A DNA stretch of 38,019 nucleotides from SAR202 cluster bacterium (GTDB taxonomy: Bacteria > Chloroflexota > Dehalococcoidia > Lucifugimonadales > UBA826): NCBI GenBank assembly GCA_009392675.1, contig VFFY01000114.1, positions 1 to 38,019 on the forward strand, read 5' to 3'. The notes below the pieces were generated by a model. The model worked only from the letters and a program-made list of their open reading frames with translations, made no database searches and was not told the origin of the DNA. Below are positions 28,117 to 35,881 of this stretch, one piece after another. Numbering within the stretch: position 1 is the stretch's first letter; every line of letters starts with the position of its first letter. Made by a program: the position numbers and the translations under genes.

Positions 28117-28857
28117 TCAAATGAAAACTTCTTTGACTAAAATAACCGTACCAGCACATATAACTATACCTAGGATCAACCTTCGATAGTAGCTCTGATT
28201 GATTTTTTTCACAAGCATAGAAGCAATAAAAAAACCAAGTAAGGCAGGGAAAATACTTACACCGGTTAGTATCAGTCGTTCCGAATCAAACATACCGGTT
28301 ATAAAATAGCCGATGACCGCGGTTGTCTCGATGAATAAATAATAATACGGAAGGGAACCTCGAATTGACTCCCTATCCCATTCTCGTGACAGCGCTGCAA
28401 TAGCCATGATCGGTCCTCCTATCCCTGTAGAGGTAATCATCACACTCACCAAAAAAGCAGCTCCCCACAGGGTAAATTTATGTCTAATGGCCGCTATAGT
28501 TGGGTTTAGGGCCATAACAAATCCCAGAAAAATGATTAAAAGAGCAATCGAAACTCTCAGGGCCGAAGGATTGGAGTTTGAAAGAATGTATACCCCAACA
28601 GGAACCCCCATCATTCCGAAAATAACTGGGACCGTCATTTCCCGATAATTTATATGGCGCCTATTTTGGTGAATCATTAAAACGAAGATCAATAATGAAA
28701 CGGTATTAATGATAATAACGGTAGACTGGGGATCCAGGGTAAGTAGCATGATAGGGGACGACCCGATAGCTATACCAAATCCTGCTATCACCAAAACGAG
28801 ACTGCCCACAAATATGGCCAAAAGCGTTAGTAATATGTCCACAACTAAAGAGTCCAT
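28117..28857 (-). CDS. TauE/SafE-family anion (sulfite/sulfonate) exporter-like membrane protein
   Basis: 246 aa and about 8 TM segments with a two-fold internal repeat architecture. The Gly-rich helices are typical of TauE/SafE. The family call rests on overall resemblance only. Confidence 0.55.
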   Translation of the reverse strand: MDSLVVDILLTLLAIFVGSLVLVIAGFGIAIGSSPIMLLTLDPQSTVIIINTVSLLIFVLMIHQNRRHINYREMTVPVIFGMMGVPVGVYILSNSNPSALRVSIALLIIFLGFVMALNPTIAAIRHKFTLWGAAFLVSVMITSTGIGGPIMAIAALSREWDRESIRGSLPYYYLFIETTAVIGYFITGMFDSERLILTGVSIFPALLGFFIASMLVKKINQSYYRRLILGIVICAGTVILVKEVFI

Positions 28858-28862
28858 TTATA

Positions 28863-31649
28863 TTATGGGATTCTCATGAATTCTGGATCGGGTTTAATCA
28901 GACTAACAGGAATCACATTCTCATCATTTCCCCTCATCTGCCAAAATATTTTGAATTGAGGTGAACGAGTCAATGATAGGCCACGTAGTTCGATGCTGGC
29001 TTTCCCGCCGTGGATACTTATTTCTCCTGATCGAGCGAATTCACCATCCGAGGCCGTCTCAGTGGCCAAAACATCATTCACAAACAGTTTCATAGCACTG
29101 TTGCCTGTTAACGTAAATTTGTATTCTCCCGATATTGGAACTTCCAAAAATCCAGCCCATACGGCCTCATAAGGACCTTCAATTGGCGGGGCATAATAAA
29201 AGGTATCAGCAGTGAGTCCCACATGTGAAACAACGGGTTGAGATTCTTGATAAAACACTGCAGCCAATCCCGTCGGAGATCTCTCGCCTGAGAAAAGCAG
29301 TGTCGATGGTATAGGTTCCATTATATTTCCGTCCCGGCCCCATAACACCTCCACAAAACCTGATTCAGAACGCGCAATACCTTTAAGTCGTAGTGAGTGA
29401 AGTCCTACCCCTAATTTAATACCATCCCCATTTTCTTGAACTGAAATACCATCGATATATAGCTGTCCATCACCGGACACTTTGAATTGGTAAAGTCCCC
29501 GTTCGCGCACATGTAAATTACTTTGGAAGACAAAATCTGCAGGAAAACCCACCCCTGATAAATCTTTGGCCCACGAGGATGAAAAAGTATTGAATTTATC
29601 TGTCTTTATGAGGACATCTTCCCTCTTAAAAGTAGCCTCCACTCCTAGACTATCGGCTAACTGCTGTTTATTTATTAGGACCTCGTACAAAATTGGGTCA
29701 ACTCCATGAGGAGCCATAATTTCCCTAAATTTGGCAGACGGGTAGTATTCCGCCAGCAGGTCATAAACACCAGCATCACGGGGCTCCAAATAAATTGCCG
29801 CCCCATGTAGAACTCGATTGGGAGAAATAGGTAAATCCCTTGGAGCAAACAACGGTTCATAATGAACATTTCCAGAAACTACAGACGCTGTGAGACTAAA
29901 AAGAAATTGCCTAGATGAATACAAGGTATATCCATTCTGAGATTGTTTAACCATTTCTTTTGCCATCAAGGTCTCCGGGGTAGAAAAATCTGCAAACACG
30001 TCAGGATGTGATGCTTGTTTTCCAAAATACATACTCACATTGAAATAACCTATAAGCCCAAACAAGACAACAATAGAAATCAAACCTCCTTTGCGAAAAA
30101 TATCCCTAGCGTTTAAGTTAAAAAGGCGTAACAAATGAACCAATGGCACAATGCTTATAATCAGGACCGCAGGTATAACTCCTATTGATCGTAATGATTG
30201 AGGTGACTCCCAAGGAACCGAAAGTATGCCTGGTATCAACATTACAAAAACCCAGCAAGGAAATAATAGGAACAAGGGCCGTCTCCATTGGGCCAGAATA
30301 AGAATTAGTCCAGCTATAAACAATGTGCCTGTAACATCATCCAACATAGGCTCAAAAGGTAAGTTATGCCTCGGATTTGGGTCTCCTGAAATGTGGAACA
30401 TAAATATATGTTCGACAAAATTTTCCCATATGCCTCTGAGCAAACTCACATCCGAAAGATGATTTAGTATGAATGTCTCTTCAGTACGCTTGAAAAATAT
30501 ATCTGGATTTCTAAAGGAATACTGTAGTAGGGGAACTGTACTGATAATTGCCGCAAAGGCCATACTCACTAAACAATCAACTAGCCTTCTCCAACCCGGA
30601 AACCCAGAGCAAATTCTCAACCCTACACCAATCAAAATGACTATCGGAAACAACCGAAACGGTGTATAAAACCACATTCCCATCCCAAGAGCCAGCCCGG
30701 TCCAAAAGAACCAAAAAGGGCTCCACCTAATTAAGGATCTCCACAGTAAAAATCCTGTTAGTGCAGAAAAAACTGCTGCAGTTATACCGTGCATCCCAAT
30801 TCGACCCCAATTCAGGCTCCATCTCATAATAGCAACACAAAAAGCTCCCCCGAGTCCCCAAAAAGCACCGAATACATCCTTTGCAAAATAAAACATAGCC
30901 AATATGAGAATTACAGAAAACCCAGCCGATACGAGCCGGCCATTCAACCAGGAAACACTTGTCAATTCCTGCAACATCGCGATAGGAACTAAAAAAGCTG
31001 ACGGAAGGTGGGTCGAAGGAACAAACACAGGGGTATTCAAAGGTGAGGCATGTATCTGGCCAGCTCTGATTATGTTATCTGCCTCGTCATACCAAAGGCC
31101 GGCGGGCAATTCACTTATGTTATAAACACGCAGGACAAACCCCAAAATCACTACGCCTATTATTAAAAAGGTCACGAGAACAGGGATGGTTAATCTGGAA
31201 TTTATGAGGGGTTTAGAAGCCGATACCGTTAACCCTCTAAACAAGAAAGGCACGACCAATATAGCCAACATCGAAAACATATAGCATGCCCAGGCAGCCC
31301 CATGGGCCATCCTGTCAAATAGCATGAACCCAGATATCGATAAAATAGCTGAGACGACAACTAAAAACCATCCAACCGCTTTCTCGGTTAATCTCAACCA
31401 CAGAATTTTTGAGGATTCGCTGCCTAAACTAACACCGGTAGTTCGAGGGCAGTTATCTCTTCTTCTAATGGGAATTGAATATTTATTGGCGCTAATTAGA
31501 ATAGCTATAATCCCAACAAAGAGGGTTGGGAATGATATCAAATAAAGCCCATAATCCCAAAGCTTAACGCTGACAAAGATAAAAGCGAGACCACTTAGTA
31601 TAGACAAAAGACGAACATTGATCTCATTTAATCTCCCGATGTGATGCAT
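28863..31649 (-). CDS. GT-C fold glycosyltransferase (ArnT/PMT-like, GT39/GT83-like) with two C-terminal PA14-like domains
   Basis: 928 aa. The polytopic N-terminal ~560 aa carry 'LWYDEADN' (the acidic first-loop motif of GT-C enzymes). The C-terminal soluble part has two PA14-like repeats ('GLYQFKVSGDGQLYIDG...VEVLW' and 'GEYKFTLTGNSAMKLFVND...FKIFW'). Confidence 0.65.
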   Translation of the reverse strand: MHHIGRLNEINVRLLSILSGLAFIFVSVKLWDYGLYLISFPTLFVGIIAILISANKYSIPIRRRDNCPRTTGVSLGSESSKILWLRLTEKAVGWFLVVVSAILSISGFMLFDRMAHGAAWACYMFSMLAILVVPFLFRGLTVSASKPLINSRLTIPVLVTFLIIGVVILGFVLRVYNISELPAGLWYDEADNIIRAGQIHASPLNTPVFVPSTHLPSAFLVPIAMLQELTSVSWLNGRLVSAGFSVILILAMFYFAKDVFGAFWGLGGAFCVAIMRWSLNWGRIGMHGITAAVFSALTGFLLWRSLIRWSPFWFFWTGLALGMGMWFYTPFRLFPIVILIGVGLRICSGFPGWRRLVDCLVSMAFAAIISTVPLLQYSFRNPDIFFKRTEETFILNHLSDVSLLRGIWENFVEHIFMFHISGDPNPRHNLPFEPMLDDVTGTLFIAGLILILAQWRRPLFLLFPCWVFVMLIPGILSVPWESPQSLRSIGVIPAVLIISIVPLVHLLRLFNLNARDIFRKGGLISIVVLFGLIGYFNVSMYFGKQASHPDVFADFSTPETLMAKEMVKQSQNGYTLYSSRQFLFSLTASVVSGNVHYEPLFAPRDLPISPNRVLHGAAIYLEPRDAGVYDLLAEYYPSAKFREIMAPHGVDPILYEVLINKQQLADSLGVEATFKREDVLIKTDKFNTFSSSWAKDLSGVGFPADFVFQSNLHVRERGLYQFKVSGDGQLYIDGISVQENGDGIKLGVGLHSLRLKGIARSESGFVEVLWGRDGNIMEPIPSTLLFSGERSPTGLAAVFYQESQPVVSHVGLTADTFYYAPPIEGPYEAVWAGFLEVPISGEYKFTLTGNSAMKLFVNDVLATETASDGEFARSGEISIHGGKASIELRGLSLTRSPQFKIFWQMRGNDENVIPVSLIKPDPEFMRIP

Positions 31650-31658
31650 GCCTTTATA

Positions 31659-33947
31659 TCACGGAGTTACTAAAGATCCGTTTTGGAATATAGTATCAAT
31701 CACAGACTCATCTATTCCGAATTCTCTGAGAATTTCAATGCTATGTTCCCCTAAAAGAGGGGTAGGTTTTACCTGCGGTATAGGCAAATCTGGGAATTGA
31801 ATGAGATTATAAGAAAAAGCATACTCACTACCATCATCAAGCACACTTTTTGATATCATATCGTTTCGAATCGCCTGCTCATCCTTAAAAAATTCCACTT
31901 CGTAGGCAGTTATTGATTCCGCACATGGTATACCGTTGGAAAGCATCAGTTCTAGCCAGTATCTAGAGCTATGGAGCTTTATGGCCTCTTCGACCTGAAA
32001 ACCTAATTCTGAGTGTTCATGCCGAGGACTACTCCGATCACGATTTGTTAATCCCACTACATCAAGTAAGGCATCCCCGGATACTGGATCCTCGGCACTC
32101 ACATAAATCCAACCATCACTAGTTTGATATAGCCTGTGAAAATCACTAAGCCCATTCTGGGATTTATCGGATATTCTTCTTTGTATTTTATCTTTATACC
32201 GTGAAAAATCGCCCTCCAAAAGTAAGCACCCAGCATTAAGTAAATTAGTGTTAACTACTTGACCAATCCCATTCTTATCTTTTGCATAAAGGGCCATAAC
32301 TGCCCCCAGGGCACCCATACACCCGGCGGTATAATCAGTCGGGGCGACAGGTGCGAGAAAAGATGGAGGATTACCCTCTCCACCTTGTGCAACTTGGAGA
32401 CCCATCCAAGCCTGGGCCAAAGGATCGACCCCGGGCCTCTTGGCAAAAGGGCCATCCCAACCAAATGCAGTCACGTGGACTTCTATCATTTTTGGATTGA
32501 ATTTTCTTAAGGTCTCCGTATCCAACCCCATCCTGCCGGTGGCACCAGGCCTTAGGTTAGCAACCATGACATCGCATGACCCGACAATATTCTGAAGGGC
32601 CTCCTGGGCGACTTCATTTTTGGCATCAATAGATATTGATCTTTTGTTTGCATTTAAAGCATGAAAATATCTTCCACTAGAGGGTCGTGAGATATCTCCA
32701 TAGGGAGGTTCTATCTTAAGTACATCAGCTCCTAAATCAGCAAGTAGACGCCCCATTGTTGGGCCAGCTATCACGTTAGTGATGTCAGCCACTTTGATTC
32801 CATTTAAAGGTAGTTTGCTAAAGGAATCGTTCTCAAGATTGTTTCCAGTCTGTAGGGATTTTTTTAGGATAGGCTCACTACTAGAATTCAACACACGGGG
32901 CCCCTTGATCGAACCTGGTGTATTAGAAAACTTTATGGGCAACCCATATTGAATCATTGGCCCATAAATTGGATCAATTAATTCTTGAACCATTTGGTTG
33001 TGTACGACTTGTTGATTTTCAATCGCCGCATCTGCGGTGGCGGCGTGAGCAAATGGGACATCTACTGATTCAAATAATTCTGCCCATTCACGAGATGGCC
33101 TTGTTTTCATAACATTTTTCACTATGTCAAAAAGCTCGACCCTTGCTTCTTCATCCACGGGGTTCCGCCCATCTCCATATCTAGGATTAGTCATAATCTC
33201 GGGTATACCTATAACAGTGGCGGCAATATCTACGAACCCCGCGTGAATGCAACCCAGCTGAATCCATGCTCCATCTTGGCATTCATAAACACTATAAAAT
33301 GGCCCACCCCCAACGGGAGTAACCTTGACAGGTCGTGGCCGAACTCTATCCCCGATAGCTTTCGGCATATACAAAAGACCAGCAGCCATCAATGACGTAT
33401 TTATCTTCAGGCCAGCCCCACTCTTGAGACGGTAAAGTAGACCACTGGCCAGTCCCAAAGCTGCCAAAAGACCGGCTCCTACGTCTATGACAGGATGCGC
33501 GACATGAGTTGAACCTTCCTCAAACCCTGGCATGCTATCCAAAATGCCTGTTCTAGCCTTGATTAAATCGGATATAGGTGAATGATTTTTTAGAAATCCT
33601 TTTTGACCATAAGGGGTGATCGAACAATGTAATAATCTAGGGTTTATTTTTCTCAAAGTTTGAAACCCGATTTTTTTTTGCAATGGATCTGAGGGGAGTA
33701 AATCCTCTATTAAGACATCACACTTCTGAACAAGTTTCTCAAACAATGCATACTGGGTATTTAGATCCAAACTGTGGAGTTCTTTTCCCCTGTCTAAAGT
33801 GGCAAATTCCGGATCATCTCTGTTGATATTTTGCTTTGCAGGCACCCTCAAAACTCTAGCTCCATTATCACTCAAAAACATTGAGCAAATAGATCCTGCC
33901 TTGCCAGATGTGGTGTCAATAACATTAATTCCGTCGAATATTTCCAT
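31659..33947 (-). CDS. Tandem (duplicated) family III CoA-transferase (CaiB/BaiF-like x2)
   Basis: 762 aa, about twice the usual family size. The second half is canonical ('GIKVADITNVIAGPTMGRLLADLGADVLKIEPP', 'GVDPLAQAWMGL'). The first half is divergent ('GINVIDTTSGKAGSICSMFLSDNGARVLRV', 'SDLIKARTGIL'). Confidence 0.75.
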   Translation of the reverse strand: MEIFDGINVIDTTSGKAGSICSMFLSDNGARVLRVPAKQNINRDDPEFATLDRGKELHSLDLNTQYALFEKLVQKCDVLIEDLLPSDPLQKKIGFQTLRKINPRLLHCSITPYGQKGFLKNHSPISDLIKARTGILDSMPGFEEGSTHVAHPVIDVGAGLLAALGLASGLLYRLKSGAGLKINTSLMAAGLLYMPKAIGDRVRPRPVKVTPVGGGPFYSVYECQDGAWIQLGCIHAGFVDIAATVIGIPEIMTNPRYGDGRNPVDEEARVELFDIVKNVMKTRPSREWAELFESVDVPFAHAATADAAIENQQVVHNQMVQELIDPIYGPMIQYGLPIKFSNTPGSIKGPRVLNSSSEPILKKSLQTGNNLENDSFSKLPLNGIKVADITNVIAGPTMGRLLADLGADVLKIEPPYGDISRPSSGRYFHALNANKRSISIDAKNEVAQEALQNIVGSCDVMVANLRPGATGRMGLDTETLRKFNPKMIEVHVTAFGWDGPFAKRPGVDPLAQAWMGLQVAQGGEGNPPSFLAPVAPTDYTAGCMGALGAVMALYAKDKNGIGQVVNTNLLNAGCLLLEGDFSRYKDKIQRRISDKSQNGLSDFHRLYQTSDGWIYVSAEDPVSGDALLDVVGLTNRDRSSPRHEHSELGFQVEEAIKLHSSRYWLELMLSNGIPCAESITAYEVEFFKDEQAIRNDMISKSVLDDGSEYAFSYNLIQFPDLPIPQVKPTPLLGEHSIEILREFGIDESVIDTIFQNGSLVTP

Positions 33948-33994
33948 AATTTACTAAATTTCTCCGCAATTAAGAGATGTTTGACAAACATTTT

Positions 33995-34037
33995 AAACAA
34001 AAAACCCCTGGGTTGGATCGAAATCTAACCCAGGGGT
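33995..34037 (-). terminator. Intrinsic terminator downstream of the SelW-like gene
   Basis: A 10-bp GC-rich stem (34005-34014 / 34027-34036) with a 12-nt loop, followed on the minus strand by UUUUUUGUUU. Confidence 0.8.
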
Positions 34038-34063
34038 CCTTTAAAGTTCAAACCTATTAAAGT

Positions 34064-34339
34064 CTAGGCAACAGGTGCTGCTAACTTTTCCTTAATAATC
34101 GCCCTCAGTTCTTTTACTCTTGGTAAATTCGGAAACACCCCATCTTCCTCGGCCTTATCAAATATCTTCTCTCCATCAGCAAATACCTGATAGATTCCAC
34201 CCGTTCCTGGTGTGATTCTTATAGCAATATCTTTCCCTGCTTCAGCGAAAAACTCGTTGGCCATCCAGGCCGCCATTCCGTGATGCGCTCAAGGCACGCA
34301 GTAGATTATTTCTACCTCAAATTTTCCTTCACCTGCCAT
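34064..34339 (-). CDS. SelW-like / Rdx-family selenoprotein (in-frame UGA = Sec at 34289-34291)
   Basis: The frame of the 70-aa ORF continues upstream through one TGA to an ATG at 34339. That ATG is preceded by AAGGAGGA (34344-34351, 4-nt spacer). The translation is MAGEGKFEVEIIYCVPUAHHGMAAWMANEF...PGTGGIYQVFADGEKIF, the Rdx/SelW pattern (YCxxC/U...AAW...PGxGGxFEV). The ATG at 34276 has no comparable SD. Confidence 0.8.
34246..34280 (-). promoter_or_regulatory. Candidate bacterial SECIS stem-loop
   Basis: The mRNA CGGAA-UGGC-[GGCCUGGAUG]-GCCA-ACGAGU-UUUCG starts 9 nt after UGA. The apical loop begins with GG about 17 nt after UGA. The helices are short, this is a hand fold only, and an alternative GGCC/GGCC pairing exists. 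Confidence 0.3.
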
Positions 34340-34389
34340 GTTATCCTCCTTCTAAATGTTGCGGTGTTTCATTAACTAACCGTGCCTAA

Positions 34390-34417
34390 ATTATCACAAA
34401 TTCAAACCATGGGTCAA
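34390..34417 (-). promoter_or_regulatory. Sigma-70-type promoter of the SelW-like gene
   Basis: On the minus strand: -35 TTGACC (34412-34417), a 16-nt spacer, and an extended -10 TGtGATAAT (hexamer 34390-34395). Confidence 0.5.
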
Positions 34418-34450
34418 CAAGGTTTGTAACAGCGGAATAAGCAACAAAAA

Positions 34451-35758
34451 TTAAAATTCCATATCCATGCCCATGTCAACTACCTCTCCCTTCCCTGTTT
34501 TTGAAGAATCTAATGCATTCTTAAACTCTAAATATAACTCATACTCGCTTTGTTTATCCAAGTTTTTCATGTTCATTAGATTATCCTTGAATTTTTCCAC
34601 CAAGTTATGTTCTGTCCTCCCTTCAGGCATGTCGAAGAAGTCCCGATCAAATACCGGCACTTTACCGCTTCTAAAATACCCTTTATTTTCGAGTTCATAC
34701 GATTCAAGGTCATCCGTTCCTTTTCCCAACACTTCCCCAGTTTCTACATAATGTTCCATCACGGGTTGCATCCCATATTTTTGAATTGGACAAACTTTCA
34801 TACATATTCCACAACCTGAATAACGAGCCATTACCGGGCGACAACGCTTAGCAATTAATTTATTCTTCTCGACTCCCCGAAACCAGACCCTTTGTGCTTG
34901 AATTGCTTTGCCTGGACATCGCATAAAGCAAACTTGGCAAAGTTCACAAAATTTATACATGCCGTAATCAATTGGTGAATCATAGTCAAGGTGTGCATCG
35001 GTAATTATCAACTGTAACCTGGCACGAGATCCAAAGTGTGGAGAAAGCAACTGCCCGTTTACCCCCAACTGACCCAACCCTGCCTCTACAAACATCGGAA
35101 TCATGGGGCCAAAATGCCATGCAGGCCCAGATATTTGTGCGCTGAAACCTAATTCATTGATGAAATCTGCCAGTTTTAAAGAGAGGTCAGCTTGCGTTAA
35201 ATAAGCATCACCTTGTGCAATCTCTGAGGCGTAGGAAGGTATATTTTGAGTTTCAATATATTCTTGCTCATATGCTAAACATATAACATTAGGAAGATCA
35301 TTCCGAACATAGCTCTTCCTGCTCTGATAAATGTATCTTCGGTCAAACTTAGTAAACCCTATCTCGCTATATCCGAGTTCTTTTGCCTTATTACGGATTA
35401 GCTCAGTGGGGTTTTCTGTCTGTGAGGAAACATTAGGAACACGCTCCCCTGATCTCTTGATTTTGTCTATCCACGGAATAATTTTCTTCTGATAGTTTTT
35501 GTAAAGCCTCTCAGTTTCGGGGGTATGTTCCGCTCTCTCTTTTTGGGCCCATACAGCCGAAGCACTTTGCGCTATTGAAAAACTCTCTAAGGGAAATTCT
35601 CTACTGTAATAAGACACCTCAGTATCTCTCTGCGGCACTCCGTCTACTTTAAGGAGATCTGCTGCAATAGGAATTTCAATGTCGGGGTCCCCAAATTTGA
35701 GGCCTGCTCGCCTTATGATTTTACCTACCTTTCGTTTTGCCAAACCGTAAAACCTCAA
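34451..35758 (-). CDS. Cytoplasmic 2x[4Fe-4S] protein of the QueG / reductive dehalogenase (RdhA)-like superfamily
   Basis: 435 aa. 'EAGLGQLGVNGQLLSPHFGSRARL' matches the QueG/RdhA core motif. The ferredoxin motifs are 'CELCQVCFMRCP' and 'CGICMKVCP'. There is no TM helix and no functional Tat signal. The start is uncertain (TTG 35758 or TTG 35743 with GAGG SD). Confidence 0.55.
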   Translation of the reverse strand: MRFYGLAKRKVGKIIRRAGLKFGDPDIEIPIAADLLKVDGVPQRDTEVSYYSREFPLESFSIAQSASAVWAQKERAEHTPETERLYKNYQKKIIPWIDKIKRSGERVPNVSSQTENPTELIRNKAKELGYSEIGFTKFDRRYIYQSRKSYVRNDLPNVICLAYEQEYIETQNIPSYASEIAQGDAYLTQADLSLKLADFINELGFSAQISGPAWHFGPMIPMFVEAGLGQLGVNGQLLSPHFGSRARLQLIITDAHLDYDSPIDYGMYKFCELCQVCFMRCPGKAIQAQRVWFRGVEKNKLIAKRCRPVMARYSGCGICMKVCPIQKYGMQPVMEHYVETGEVLGKGTDDLESYELENKGYFRSGKVPVFDRDFFDMPEGRTEHNLVEKFKDNLMNMKNLDKQSEYELYLEFKNALDSSKTGKGEVVDMGMDMEF

Positions 35759-35881
35759 CTGTGAATATGTTTAATGTTGATATAAGAAAGATTATAAAAC
35801 AAGTTTCCTTTCCTACATTCTATGTTGTGGTCAAAATGCAAATGGGATTATCCTAATATGAATACAAAAACGGGGTGAAGC

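Noticed and set aside
34289-34291. Possibility that TGA is globally reassigned (genetic code 4 or 25) rather than Sec
   Set aside because: TGA terminates at least six well-defined genes in this window (ilvB, sdhB, ctaA, ctaB, ctaG, sco1) at positions matching normal protein ends. The recoding is therefore site-specific.
35680-35758. Twin-arginine (Tat) signal on the RdhA-like protein ('RRAGLKF')
   Set aside because: The motif is followed by an acidic, non-hydrophobic stretch (GDPDIEIPIAADLLKVDG) with no h-region and no AxA cleavage site, so it is not a functional export signal. It is kept only as a possible evolutionary vestige.
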